A stretch of 63,825 nt of DNA, filler included, from Thraustochytrium aureum (GCA_012862495.1; 7 parts of 3 records of this genome joined end to end with filler, not necessarily neighbours in it); one strand, 5' to 3'. Shown: positions 11,246 to 23,555, numbered from the whole stretch's first letter. Notes: generated by a model not told the origin, from the sequence alone. Translations and numbers: made by a program.

Positions 11246-13825
11246 ATGAGCGGCACGATCAGCCACATTGAGAAGCAGAGCCTGCTGGCGCAGATTCGGG
11301 CGCTGCCGACGCAGGGACATGTCGGGTCGGTAACGACGGTGACCGTGACAGAAGACGGACTGTACTTGTTCACGACCGGCGACGACAACTCGGCCAAGCG
11401 CTGGCTGGTGCCGACGGGGCAGGTAGTCAACCACTACCTGGGCCACACCGACTCTGTGTGGTGCCTGGGAGCAACCTCGTGCGGCGCGTTCATCATCACA
11501 GGCTCACGCGACGCGCTGGCCAAGCGCTGGGACGTCGAGAGCGNNNNNNNNNNNNNNNNNNNNNNNNNNNNNNNNNNNNNNNNNNNNNNNNNNNNNNNNN
11601 NNNNNNNNNNNNNNNNNNNNNNNNNNNNNNNNNNNNNNNNNNNNNNNNNNNNNNNNNNNNNNNNNNNNNNNNNNNNNNNNNNNNNNNNNNNNNNNNNNNN
11701 NNNNNNNNNNNNNNNNNNNNNNNNNNNNNNNNNNNNNNNNNNNNNNNNNNNNNNNNNNNNNNNNNNNNNNNNNNNNNNNNNNNNNNNNNNNNNNNNNNNN
11801 NNNNNNNNNNNNNNNNNACTTTTACGATGCGACACTGGTCTGTCGAGTCAGGGGCCTGCCTCGGCGTGATCAGGGGCCACGCCGGGATTATCTGGAACAC
11901 GTGCGTCTCGCCAGACGGGCGGTGGCCCTTGTCCGCCTCCGCGGACAATCTGGTCAAAGTTTGGGCGATCGGCGGCGCCTCCGGCACATCTGTAGACTAT
12001 GACGCTCCGGCAGCCAAGGCGCTCGACCACGGCGACTTTGTGTGGAGCGTGACCGTCAGCCCTGACTCGCGCAAGGTCTTCACGGGGTGCAGGGACCACA
12101 AGGCGCGGCGCTGGGACCTCGCTTCAGGCGCGTGCGAGCTCGAGTTTGAAGGCCACACCGACACCGTCCGTTGGGTCGCCTTGGACAAGTCCGGAGCCCG
12201 ACTCCTGACCGCGGGCTACGACGTCCTGGTCAAGGAGTGGGATGCCGCGTCTGGCCAGCTCTTGCAAAACATCTCGGCGCACGGAAAGGCGGTGCTCTGT
12301 GTCACAGCGTCCCCGACGGACTCGAACATCTTTAGTGGGAGCGCAGATGCGCTCGTGATGCGGTTCAACCCTGCCCCGCACCAGACGCCGGAGGGAGCCG
12401 CAGACGTGGGCGAGCTGCTTGCGCCTGTTGACGGGGCGGCATCGCCCAGCCCGGAATCGGACGGTCCAGCGCCCAGCTCTGCAAGCTTTGCCGGGCTCGG
12501 CTCGCCCGCGAAGCAGCGGGTCCTCTTGGTGGAGGGCCCCGCTGACCACGTTCACCCACATCCCGCGGCTCAAGATCTGGCTTATCGTACTCGCGTTGGT
12601 CGTCCAGACCTTGCAGCTGGCCGGGTTTGCTTTCAGTATCCGATTCCCGTGGCCCGTCAGCATCGAGTGGCTGCGAGTCGTCCTTTCTGGGCTCAGCCTC
12701 TCGCTCGACGCCCTGCTCTCCTGGCTGCCCACCTTTCCGATCGGCGCGCTGGAGCTCGGCGTCGTGGGCTGGACCTACATCTGCTGCGCTCTCTTCTACG
12801 GCGATGCGTTTGGCTGGCTGCAGCGGCTCAAGGCGCACCTTAACGCGATTGGGTGGGGCCGCGTCAAGCGCTCCCGGTACAAGGGCGACAACCCGCTGGA
12901 GGTGGGCGACCGCACTGCAACCAACAAGGCCGAGTGGGAGGTCTGGGAGACGACGACCTGGGTGTTTTGGACGGCCCACCAGCTGTCTCGAGTATTGTGG
13001 GGGCTTTTTGTGGCTCGCGTCAACCTTGTTTGCGATCCCAACCATCTCGATCCTCGCGGGCATGCTCTTCGATCTTCCCAAGGACTCGAGCAAGTTTTGG
13101 GTTGCACTTGTGGGCCTCCTTCTCTACATCGTTTTGTTCCTCCGGCTGCGAATCGTCAACGGGAGCGCGAGCGCCGTGTCCTTTGCGCGCAAGGAGTACG
13201 CTGCCAAGAACCGCGGCCGCCTCATTCCCGGCGCCTGGCTCTTTACTGTCGGAGGCATTGCGGTAAGTTTGAGGCTATCTTCTAGCTAGCTAGAGCGAGG
13301 TGTGTTGGGCGAGGCCGAGGCCGATCGGCGCGGGCGATTGCTGACAAGCCAGCAAACGCGACGCAGGCGCTTGACACGTTGGGTCCCTTCACGATGGCGG
13401 ACTGGAACACCGAGCTTGGGACGGCTTCCGTGCAGATTGGCTTTTCGGTGGTCAACAGCAGCTCGGTCCGCATCATGGTGGTGGCGACGCTAAACCTGTT
13501 TTTCGCGTTTTTGCTCGTCGCCAACTTGATCAAGAACGACGCTTTTTACTCGCTCAAGTCGTCTCGGGCGCTCTTTGGCCTTCAGGCCGTGCAGGTGTGG
13601 AACTCGAGCATCGCGATTGCCGTTGTGCTGCTCAACGACAGCACAAACGTAGCGCCCAGCATTGTTTGGTACTGCGGCGTAATCCCCATGTTTTTCATCG
13701 CCAGCGGCGGCTACACCTTGATCCATAACGCCAAGCAGCGCAAGCGGCTTCTCGCGCGCGCGGAGGCACTGGCGCTCAAGGCTGGCGCTGGGCCGGCGCT
13801 TTCCAGCAAAGAGGCGCCAGTTTGA
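11246..13825 (+). CDS. WD40-repeat beta-propeller plus C-terminal multi-pass membrane domain; gap, frameshifts at ~12520 and ~12985, intron 13263-13366
   Basis: Repeated GH...SV...TGSRD..AKRWD units; hydrophobic segments (IWLIVLALVVQTLQLAGFAF, FWVALVGLLLYIVLFL, IMVVATLNLFFAFLLVANL); a GTAAGT..GCTGAC..GCAG phase-0 intron joins ORF 12627-13289 to 13379-13825 in frame. Confidence 0.75.
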
Positions 13826-15333
13826 AAGGCTGCGGCCGCGCGGAGCAAATCGGACTAGAACTCCGAGCAAGTCGAAGCCCTGCGCGGTGGAACGCACCCC
13901 AACCCTATCTATCGACCAACGAATTCAGTTAGCGTACCGCCAGCTACGCAAGAGTTTGGCTGGCCGAGCTGCTGAGGCAAGCCTGGGCGTTTGCTCTCTT
14001 TCTCTCAAGGGAGTCCACGTTGCTGCTCGGTTAACCACGTGAAAGACGAAGAGTTTGGCTGCCTCCTTATGCGGCCAGTGACGGGACGCAGCCGCGTGAT
14101 GAAGAGCGCCCAGACCACTCCCATACTAAGTACTCGGTAGGAACCAGACTGACAACCAAAAGGCCTTGCGCTGGTGACACGAAACGTCCGTGACAAGCTC
14201 GTTGACGATAACCCTCGGATCGAAATAGTTTATCAACTTGTTTCTCTATCAAAAGAAGATTAGGTCGATGGCAGCGACGGGGCCGGGCCGCCAGGACCAA
14301 TCTCGATTCCCGGGCCAGAAAACCACAGATGTTGTTCCCGGTACTCTNNNNNNNNNNNNNNNNNNNNNNNNNNNNNNNNNNNNNNNNNNNNNNNNNNNNN
14401 NNNNNNNNNNNNNNNNNNNNNNNNNNNNNNNNNNNNNNNNNNNNNNNNNNNNNNNNNNNNNNNNNNNNNNNNNNNNNNNNNNNNNNNNNNNNNNNNNNNN
14501 NNNNNNNNNNNNNNNNNNNNNNNNNNNNNNNNNNNNNNNNNNNNNNNNNNNNNNNNNNNNNNNNNNNNNNNNNNNNNNNNNNNNNNNNNNNNNNNNNNNN
14601 NNNNNNNNNNNNNNNNNNNNNNNNNNNNNNNNNNNNNNNNNNNNNNNNNNNNNNNNNNNNNNNNNNNNNNNNNNNNNNNNNNNNNNNNNNNNNNNNNNNN
14701 NNNNNNNNNNNNNNNNNNNNNNNNNNNNNNNNNNNNNNNNNNNNNNNNNNNNNNNNNNNNNNNNNNNNNNNNNNNNNNNNNNNNNNNNNNNNNNNNNNNN
14801 NNNNNNNNNNNNNNNNNNNNNNNNNNNNNNNNNNNNNNNNNNNNNNNNNNNNNNNNNNNNNNNNNNNNNNNNNNNNNNNNNNNNNNNNNNNNNNNNNNNN
14901 NNNNNNNNNNNNNNNNNNNNNNNNNNNNNNNNNNNNNNNNNNNNNNNNNNNNNNNNNNNNNNNNNNNNNNNNNNNNNNNNNNNNNNNNNNNNNNNNNNNN
15001 NNNNNNNNNNNNNNNNNNNNNNNNNNNNNNNNNNNNNNNNNNNNNNNNNNNNNNNNNNNNNNNNNNNNNNNNNNNNNNNNNNNNNNNNNNNNNNNNNNNN
15101 NNNNNNNNNNNNNNNNNNNNNNNNNNNNNNNNNNNNNNNNNNNNNNNNNNNNNNNNNNNNNNNNNNNNNNNNNNNNNNNNNNNNNNNNNNNNNNNNNNNN
15201 NNNNNNNNNNNNNNNNNNNNNNNNNNNNNNNNNNNNNNNNNNNNNNNNNNNNNNNNNNNNNNNNNNNNNNNNNNNNNNNNNNNNNNNNNNNNNNNNNNNN
15301 NNNNNNNNNNNNNNNNNNNNNNNNNNNNNNNNN

Positions 15334-15415
15334 CTTTCTCTCCAACTCCAACTAAGTATAAAAATGAACGAAGCGACTTTCTCTCCAACTCCAACCAAGT
15401 AAAAAAATGAACGAA
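15334..15415. repeat. AT-rich 43-bp tandem repeat (~2 visible copies) abutting a ~1 kb gap
   Basis: CTTTCTCTCCAACTCCAACYAAGTAWAAAAATGAACGAA at 15334 and 15377. Confidence 0.85.
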
Positions 15416-15717
15416 CCCTCCTGCAGTGAGCCATCAGTCTATGGCAGCTTGTTGCGCTCTGCGAGCTCAGGGGTCGCGACCTGCTGCCTTGGAGGCGGGC
15501 CACCAGCGCTGCGTCGGCGTCGACGGCTCGCAGCAAGCTATCCCATGGTCGGCTTGTTCGCACCCTGCCAACGGCCGGCCCAGCCCGGGCCGGTCAACAC
15601 CAACAGCACAAAGACGAACAAAAACGGAAGCTATGGTAAGTTGAAGGGAATTCAGGGAGTGACACGAGCCAAGGGGTTGGCATCGCAGGCAGCCCACCCA
15701 CGGCGGCGCCAAGTCTC

Positions 15718-17646
15718 TCAGCTCGACCTCGGGCAAAGCTTGCGGATCATGCGCGCTGAGATGCCCTTGAGGGTCCTTGGGAGGTGCTTTTGGATCTTTG
15801 CGATCTCGTTGTCGTAGAGGATCGCGAGCTGACGCAGCTGCTCCTCGAGCTTGGGCGTCCACTGGATGGCCGCGTCGCGCTGCATTGACTTTTGAAGACA
15901 GTTGAAGCGCGTTTTGATGGCGTTCTCGGTGCGCCCGTTGAAGAAGTGCCGGATCTCGGCCCACACGTTGCCGTACTTTGCAAACATGGAGAGCAAGAGC
16001 TCGTCCTCCTCCTCGGTCCACGGACTGCGGTTGATCGCGGGGTCGAGGCTGAGCGACCAGCGCTCGCGGCACTGCTTTGGCGTGCGGCCAGGGATCTCCC
16101 TCGCAATCTGCGACCAGCCCGAGATGCCCGGCTTGTTGAGGAGGTGGACGAGAAGCCTGTCCTCGTGGGGCTTCCATGGGCCCTTGACAAGACCGGGCTT
16201 GAGAACCTTTTTCCACCGCTGCAGGCACTGCACGTGGTCTCGGCCCGGGACCAGCTCGGCGATCAGCTTCCACTGCTGGCCATTGAACCGCTGCACGGCT
16301 TCTCGGAGTACCTCATCCTCCTCGTTGGACCAGCGACGGCTCGCAGCGATGGGCTTGGTGGCAATACCGTTCGTCCCGAGTCGCGGAATGTGGGTCTGTT
16401 TTTGCTCCCTGATGCTCTGCAGAAGCGAGCCCTTGACGGGAACCTTTGGGACTGAGAGGGTGCCGCCGGCTTTGGCTGCAGAAGGAGCTGGCTGCTTCGG
16501 TTTGCTTGGGCCCGAGCTCCGTTTGGTGGGTTTGGCTCGGCTTGGGGGCGTGCTGCAGGCACTGCTGGGGCTCGACGGCTTTTGTTGCAGCGACGCGCAG
16601 CCGATCGAGTTGTTGTATCCCACGCCTGGCTGCGGACGGAAGGCGGGCGCGTCAGGCATCGAGACTGCTGAAAACGCCGACGAGGTCGACGAGGCAGCCG
16701 AGACGGCGGAAACCGACCTTGCCATTACTCCAGACGGCCCGACAAACCCGCGGCCGGCGGCGTCAAACTGGCCTGGTGCGAAGCCGAATGCTGCCACGGG
16801 GTTTGGGAGCGGCGTTGGCGCGCTCAGGGCCTTGTCTCCAAGTTTGCGCTTCTTTGCTTGGGCCGGGCCTGTCGTCGCGGTGCGCCGGGGCGTGGCCACG
16901 CGCTTCTGAGGGGTCATGGCCAGGCCCGCCCCGCCCGCCGCCCCCGCATGCATAGCGCCGCCTCCTTGCGGCACTGGAGGGGTCTGCAAGGACCGCGCCC
17001 GAGACCCTGGTGCAAAGGACGCTGCGCGGGCGCGCCTGGTCCTCACCGCCGTCGTTGGGTTCTTGGGCGGCCCAGGAGCGTCTGAAGCCTCGTCGCACGG
17101 GCTGGGAATTTGGAACATGAAGCGCGCAGGCGCTGCGCTGTCCTGCCCCGGGGCACATGCTGCACTGTCACCATGCGCTTGCTGCTGGTGTTGGCGCCGT
17201 TGCTGCTGCGGCGGAGAGGGCGTGTAGATCAGGCCGTTGTTGAGGTATTGGAACCCGTTGCCCGAGGCCGACTCGTTGGTGCCGAAGAGCGAAAAGATGA
17301 CAGAATCGATTTCACCGCACTCGAAATCTGTCCCGTTCGAGATGGGTGGCATGGCGAAGTTGAGGGTCGCCTGGGGCTCGTCATGGAGGAAAGCGGACTG
17401 CCAGTCGTCGGGACTGTCCGGTGCGGCACCGCCCGCTTTGTGGAAGGTGGACGACTCGGGGATGGCAGGGAAATCACCCCAATGCGCGGCATTGTCGCCT
17501 CCGAGGATAGCGCAGTTGACCGGCGTCACCGGCGCGCTCTCCGGCTCGCCTCCTGCGAGCAGCACGTCGTCCATGAGCGGCGCAGAGCACAAAACAGCCA
17601 ACTCGTCCTGCGCCATGCTCTCGCCCGCAAATTGGCCCGAGGCCAT
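15718..17646 (-). CDS. R1R2R3 (3R) MYB transcription factor
   Basis: Three Myb repeats: WSNEEDEVL..WKLIAELVPGRDHVQCLQRW, KGPWKPHED..WSQIAREIPGRTPKQCRERW, WTEEEDELL..WAEI..GRTENAIKTRFN. Confidence 0.95.
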   Translation of the reverse strand: MASGQFAGESMAQDELAVLCSAPLMDDVLLAGGEPESAPVTPVNCAILGGDNAAHWGDFPAIPESSTFHKAGGAAPDSPDDWQSAFLHDEPQATLNFAMPPISNGTDFECGEIDSVIFSLFGTNESASGNGFQYLNNGLIYTPSPPQQQRRQHQQQAHGDSAACAPGQDSAAPARFMFQIPSPCDEASDAPGPPKNPTTAVRTRRARAASFAPGSRARSLQTPPVPQGGGAMHAGAAGGAGLAMTPQKRVATPRRTATTGPAQAKKRKLGDKALSAPTPLPNPVAAFGFAPGQFDAAGRGFVGPSGVMARSVSAVSAASSTSSAFSAVSMPDAPAFRPQPGVGYNNSIGCASLQQKPSSPSSACSTPPSRAKPTKRSSGPSKPKQPAPSAAKAGGTLSVPKVPVKGSLLQSIREQKQTHIPRLGTNGIATKPIAASRRWSNEEDEVLREAVQRFNGQQWKLIAELVPGRDHVQCLQRWKKVLKPGLVKGPWKPHEDRLLVHLLNKPGISGWSQIAREIPGRTPKQCRERWSLSLDPAINRSPWTEEEDELLLSMFAKYGNVWAEIRHFFNGRTENAIKTRFNCLQKSMQRDAAIQWTPKLEEQLRQLAILYDNEIAKIQKHLPRTLKGISARMIRKLCPRSS

Positions 17647-17933
17647 CTGCTGCGCCCCTGTTTCCCAAGCGCGGATCCAGCCGCGCTTCGTCGGCCGCGG
17701 CAGTCCACCGCGGCCGGCGCCTTCGGCAGGCCACGCCTGGCTTCTCCTTCACTCGCCTTTTCGCCCAAGCCAAGCCGTCACGCAGCTCGCTGGCCTCGCC
17801 CTGCTTGAAACCCGACTTTCGCGCCCGTCGACCTGCGCCGCCACCACCACACGAGGCGGCCTGGTTGCCTCCTTCGCGGCTGCGTGCGGATTGGCCTGGC
17901 GGGCGGGCGGGCGAGCGGCTGCTCAGATTCTCG

Positions 17934-18087
17934 TGTTGATGTTGTTGTTGATGTTGATGTTGTTGTCGTTGTTGTTGCGGATTCGAGTCAGGTGTCTGCT
18001 GCTGCTCCACATCCTCCTTCCTTCCTTCCTTTGTTGTTGGTTTGTTGTTTTGTTGTTGGTTGGTTTGTTGTTTGTTGGTTTGTTGGT
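17934..18087. repeat. (TTG)n/(GTTT)n microsatellite-rich tract upstream of the MYB gene
   Basis: Read directly from the sequence. Confidence 0.8.
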
Positions 18088-18981
18088 AGAGGAGTATGGC
18101 TAGTGGCCTCCTTATCACGAGAAACAATTCAACCAAAAGGACCTCCCGTCTTTTAGCGCCACCACCAACCTCATGGATTGTCAAAAGGAAAAAGTAAGTA
18201 CTCTTTGGCGCGCACGCACTCTCTCTGAGGCCAAACGCAGGTTTGTTTTGGCGAAATCGAAGGCCGCACGATGATCTCCCCTTTGTTCCCCGTTTGTAAC
18301 AAACCATCGCATGCTTTGTCTCAGACAGCGTGGCGGAAGTNNNNNNNNNNNNNNNNNNNNNNNNNNNNNNNNNNNNNNNNNNNNTTAATTAATTAANNNN
18401 NNNNNNNNNNNNNNNNNNNNNNNNNNNNNNNNNNNNNNNNGCAGGCCGCCTGGACAGCTCGAAAGCGGGCAGAATCGACGAGACCCACATTGCGTTTGCA
18501 GTCGGCCCGCGCGATCGGCACCGCCTCCGCTCGCGTGGACGAGGAGCAGTTTCGTGGCGCGCCTGAGAGGGCCCGCGCGAACTTGACATGAATCCAATCG
18601 CTGCCTCGTTCGTCGCTCGAGCTGCGTGGGCGGCGCTCGCCGTCGGTCGCGAAGAGCAGGCACGTGGTGTGTGAGGGGCCCTGCCAGCGTGGCGCCATTC
18701 CTCAGCCAGCTCAAAAACCCCACTTGCACAGAGGCGCGAGCCCTGCAGGCAGGCAGACTCGGAGACAGGTAGGCGGCAGGCTCAAGAGGCGGCTCAAGAG
18801 GCAGCCCCAGAGCAGGCTGCGCGCCGTGCGCCGTCGCTCGTGCCTCATCCAAGCCAATCTTGCCGAAAAACACAAGAAAACGAAGGGAAAATGGCCAACA
18901 ATGTGAGGGCCCGGGCAGAGCAGAATCGAAGCAGAGCGAGCTAGCTAGCTGCTGGAGGACGAGCAGCAGACCCGCAACGAC

Positions 18982-18982
<1 letters not shown>

Positions 18983-19027
<45 letters not shown>
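18983..19027. repeat. (CAG)n microsatellite, ~15 units, probably in the 5' UTR of the acyl-CoA synthetase
   Basis: Read directly; lies upstream of ATG 19073. Confidence 0.9.
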
Positions 19028-19030
<3 letters not shown>

Positions 19031-19072
19031 GAAGAGCAGGAGCAGGGGGAGCAGGAGGCGGTCGAGGAGAGC

Positions 19073-19842
19073 ATGGGCGGTCAGTCGAGCGTCGCGGCCA
19101 AGGGGCCGGTGTTCACCGCGGACGAGTACGTCAACTATGAGGACGATGCGCCCAAGTGGGTGATGCACAAGGACGACGTGGCCACCATTAGGTTTGCCAA
19201 GAGCGGCATCGCAGCGCGCGAGGCGGACGGCGGCGCGCCCGAGGATACGGTGATCAACATGCTCAAAAAGGCCGCCGAGAAGTGGGGCAGCGAGCCCGCG
19301 CTTCGCGTGGAGCGCCCGCTCCCGCCGCTCAGCGGCAAGGCAGCGCCCCAGTCCAAGCCGCTGGAGGAGTGGAAGACCTGGACGTACCAAGAGTACTACA
19401 ACGACTGCCGGCGCGCAGCCAAGGGCTTCCTCAAGCTCGGCGCGGTGCGTTACGACGGGGTCAACATCCTCGGGTTCAACTCGCCCGAGTGGTTCATGGC
19501 CGAGCTGTCGGCGATGATGATCGGCGGCAAGGCGGCCGGAATCTACCCGACCGACACGCCCGCTCAGGTTCAGTACAAGACCCAGCTGGCGGACGGCGCC
19601 GTGGCCGTGGTTGACAACGAGGACGCGCTCAAGCGCTACCTGACGGTCGTCGACGAACTGCCCTACCTCAAGGCCATCGTCTGCTGGGCCCACGACGACG
19701 TGGCGGACGTCAAGCGCGCGGACGGCACCGTGGTGCGCGTGATGACCTGGGACCAGCTGCTCGAACTCGGCGACAGCGGCGACGACGCCGAGCTGGACAA
19801 ACTGTCCGAGGCGACCAAGCCCGGCAACTGCGCGTGCCTTGT
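19073..19842 (+). CDS. Long-chain acyl-CoA synthetase (bubblegum/ACSBG-like), 5' part; the rest is in the gap
   Basis: WKTWTYQEYY..AAKGFLKLG..GVNILGFNSPEWF..GGKAAGIYPTDTP; ends at KPGNCACL, just before the expected YTSGTTG AMP-binding motif. Confidence 0.9.
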
Positions 19843-21035
19843 NNNNNNNNNNNNNNNNNNNNNNNNNNNNNNNNNNNNNNNNNNNNNNNNNNNNNNNNNN
19901 NNNNNNNNNNNNNNNNNNNNNNNNNNNNNNNNNNNNNNNNNNNNNNNNNNNNNNNNNNNNNNNNNNNNNNNNNNNNNNNNNNNNNNNNNNNNNNNNNNNN
20001 NNNNNNNNNNNNNNNNNNNNNNNNNNNNNNNNNNNNNNNNNNNNNNNNNNNNNNNNNNNNNNNNNNNNNNNNNNNNNNNNNNNNNNNNNNNNNNNNNNNN
20101 NNNNNNNNNNNNNNNNNNNNNNNNNNNNNNNNNNNNNNNNNNNNNNNNNNNNNNNNNNNNNNNNNNNNNNNNNNNNNNNNNNNNNNNNNNNNNNNNNNNN
20201 NNNNNNNNNNNNNNNNNNNNNNNNNNNNNNNNNNNNNNNNNNNNNNNNNNNNNNNNNNNNNNNNNNNNNNNNNNNNNNNNNNNNNNNNNNNNNNNNNNNN
20301 NNNNNNNNNNNNNNNNNNNNNNNNNNNNNNNNNNNNNNNNNNNNNNNNNNNNNNNNNNNNNNNNNNNNNNNNNNNNNNNNNNNNNNNNNNNNNNNNNNNN
20401 NNNNNNNNNNNNNNNNNNNNNNNNNNNNNNNNNNNNNNNNNNNNNNNNNNNNNNNNNNNNNNNNNNNNNNNNNNNNNNNNNNNNNNNNNNNNNNNNNNNN
20501 NNNNNNNNNNNNNNNNNNNNNNNNNNNNNNNNNNNNNNNNNNNNNNNNNNNNNNNNNNNNNNNNNNNNNNNNNNNNNNNNNNNNNNNNNNNNNNNNNNNN
20601 NNNNNNNNNNNNNNNNNNNNNNNNNNNNNNNNNNNNNNNNNNNNNNNNNNNNNNNNNNNNNNNNNNNNNNNNNNNNNNNNNNNNNNNNNNNNNNNNNNNN
20701 NNNNNNNNNNNNNNNNNNNNNNNNNNNNNNNNNNNNNNNNNNNNNNNNNNNNNNNNNNCGGGCCTCGACAGGGCAGTCGGTGCCTACCGTACACCGCATA
20801 GGAAAGAAGATGAACGAAAGCTATAGGTGTTTGGAGTGTGTATGGCGAGCGAGCCCTACTTTGCTCGGTGCCGTGCGCGGCGCGCCGCACCGCGCGTCTG
20901 CGGCTTCTGGCCGCCGCCCACGTTGTGGAGTTCCCCGCGTCGCCGGCAGGCTCAACCATCGACAACCATGGTGATGCAGGAGGAGACAAGGGTAAAAAGT
21001 GGAAAGGCAGTGACTGTTTCTCCAGGTTTGACGAC

Positions 21036-21312
21036 TTACGTTGCCGACTCGTTCTTCTCCTCGTGCAGCGTCTGCACCGGGTACAGAATCGGGTTGACCT
21101 GCGAGAGCCAGGTCATGGCCCACATCATCCACATGCACACCGCGGCGACAAACACAAAAAAACGCGCAAAGCTTCGACTCGCCCTTGGTCAGCTTGCCAG
21201 CCACGCGCGCGCCCTGCCCCAGCCCGCAGAACACGACCGCGATCGCGACGAAGGTCACCGTCCCCTTCCACAGCGGGTTGAAGTCAGGCGTGAACCCTGC
21301 TGGCTGCCCCAT
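21036..21312 (-). CDS. V-type ATPase V0 subunit e (Vma9/ATP6V0E-like); homopolymer frameshift at ~21160
   Basis: Removing one base of the A7 run gives MGQPAGFTPDFNPLWKGTVTFVAIAVVFCGL...AFFVFVAAVCMWMMWAMTWLSQVNPILYP..., with two TM helices and the W...Q.NP...P motif. Confidence 0.88.
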
Positions 21313-21943
21313 TGTGCCTGTTCGAGCACTCTGCCAGTCTCTGGAGGCGCGCCTCGCACACACTGCCCCTCGCCCGCAGCAGCGCAGCGACGCAGCCCAA
21401 AAGACCCGCACGAACGCACGCACGCAATTCCGCCCGCCCGTCCGCCCGCCCGCCTGCCCTGCGCGCCCGCCTGCGTGCCTGCCTGCCTGCGCTGCTGCTC
21501 TCGCGTTGCCGCTCTGCCCTCCGCGCGTCTGCTGCAGCTTGCGCCGGCTGCATTCAACCGATTAAACGCTGCTCCGAAATCGATTTAATTTAAAAAGTTG
21601 TTTTTGTTCGCTGACAGAGTTGTTTCTGCTCGAATGAGTATACTACCAGTAGTAACAGGCAACTGCGTTTGCGCAGGCCATCTGCGCAGGCCATCTGCGC
21701 TAGACGCCGGTTGAAAAACTCACGTAGGCCTACCGTCCCAGCGACGATAGAAGAACTGCGCCTGCCGAACGGCAGTTTGAACTGTAAGACAGAACGCTGG
21801 GAACGGGCTCATCAGGCTGGATCAAGCACCGGCTGGGGCAGACCCGCAACAACCCAGGCATCCCAACATCCTTCTTGATCAATCAAATCAAAAGCAAACT
21901 ACCTCTTGCAATACATTCAAAAGCAAAGCAAGTCGAGGAAAAC

Positions 21944-22561
21944 ATGGTGGCTCTCAGCTGGACACTCGGCGTGCTCGTCTTCTGCTTGGCGCTCTTCGCC
22001 GCTGCCGCCTCGGGCACGGTGCGCGGGCGCCAGACGGATCTGGTGGAGGGCGCCCGCTCGTTTTCAATCGCGAGCGTCGCTGAGGAAAGCGAGGCGGCCG
22101 CCGCCCGCGCTCTCGCGGCTGACACAGACTCTGAAGACGATTCGGACCATGAAGACGATGACGAGGGTGACTTCTCTCCGATGGAAGGCCCTGTGCTCCT
22201 GCCTAGTCAGTCGCGCCGCGACGCGCTCGTCTCCGACTGCGACCGCCTCGTGAAGCTGGGTGTGCCGCGCCAAAGAAACCTGCGTGAGCGCAACGGGAGA
22301 TTCCAGGGCACAGTCTGCTACGAGATCCGTCCGCGCCGCAGCCGCAGCGCTGATGCTCGCCTGCGCATGGAGCGCGTGCGCCTAGAGCCTGGTGAAAGCC
22401 TCGAGGTGCACGAGATCGTGGGCCCCGACTCGTACAGCCTGGACCGCTCGTCGACGCGCGTTGCCAACTTCGAGGACGAGGCGCTCCTCGTCAAGCTGCG
22501 CCGAGCGTCGCGCCAAACCCGCTGGCGCTTCCGTTCCAAGGCCACCACGGTTGTCTGGTAG
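21944..22561 (+). CDS. Small secreted protein with a possible degenerate CUB-like domain
   Basis: Signal peptide MVALSWTLGVLVFCLALFAAAASG; acidic linker; C.YEI...LRMERVRLE.GESLEVHE resembles the CUB pattern. Confidence 0.6.
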   Translation: MVALSWTLGVLVFCLALFAAAASGTVRGRQTDLVEGARSFSIASVAEESEAAAARALAADTDSEDDSDHEDDDEGDFSPMEGPVLLPSQSRRDALVSDCDRLVKLGVPRQRNLRERNGRFQGTVCYEIRPRRSRSADARLRMERVRLEPGESLEVHEIVGPDSYSLDRSSTRVANFEDEALLVKLRRASRQTRWRFRSKATTVVW

Positions 22562-23555
22562 AGTCGCCTTGTGTAGTGGAGTCACAGTCGCGGCGCGGTC
22601 GACTACCAGAGCTCAAGTCATGCTCATTTATGAAATAGAAAAATGCCGGATGACTTCGTTTCAAAATTGGCCAACGCGGTAAACAACTCGAGTGCTGCGC
22701 ACCTGAGTACGAGCACCCACTCCAGACTCGATCGGCGATGTTCCACGCCGGCGAGTCGCCTCCGTAGACGCCTTGAAAGGCGCGCGCATGTGCGAGCTCG
22801 AATGAGTCAGGAGCCTCGTTTCGTTCGTCGTGATAGATCCGTTTGGTCCGGTCTGCGCGGCTTCGACCATGCACATGCGCATGCGTGGCCTGGCGGCGCT
22901 GCTGGGATTGACGCGGTTTGCCGCGAAAGGCGCGCGTCGCGGACGGCTCGGAGATACGTGCATTGGGGCGCTGCTGCGCCGCGTTCTCCCAGGCCTGTTT
23001 GACGCGGTCCTGCATGTTGGATTTGGCTGCAGGTCCTGGTACCCTCGAGACAGACCCGACGAGCTTGGCTTCGCTTGCTTGCTGGCGCACGCGGTGCCCG
23101 CTCGAGGCGACTCGTGTGAGAAGTCGCTTGCTGCTGCAGACTGGCCGAATCGGCCCGCCGCGGCGGAATTCGTTCGCCGTCGCCGCGGCAGTCTTGCCTC
23201 GACGACGTGCCGTGCGTCAGCTCGAGGCGCGCCAAGTTACCCGAGGATGGAGATGTGGCGAGGCCAAGAGAGCCACGGAAATGTGAGCGAAGCAGCTGAG
23301 AGAAGGAAGCGGACGGAGAACAGAAGGCGAAGGCAGCGCGTGGCGAGCCAGCTGAGGACGATGGGACAGTTTCCTGCGCTCGCAAATTCCCTGAGCCTCG
23401 GCGTGCTCCCTGATCCGAGAGAAAACGGCGCTGCCGTGGTGGCGCCGGCGCCGCAAAGACTCGTGGAAAAGAGACGGACACGGGGTCCAAAGTTCGACCT
23501 TTATTGCGGCGCCCCGAGGGCATTGCTGCGCTCTAGCAGCACCGAAATTAACGCG

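Noticed and set aside
14238..15410. ORFs consisting mostly of X
   Set aside because: Artefacts of translating through N gaps
18860..19072. PolyQ N-terminal extension of the acyl-CoA synthetase
   Set aside because: Needs a TTG start; ATG 19073 gives a plausible MGGQSS N-terminus, so the CAG tract is probably UTR
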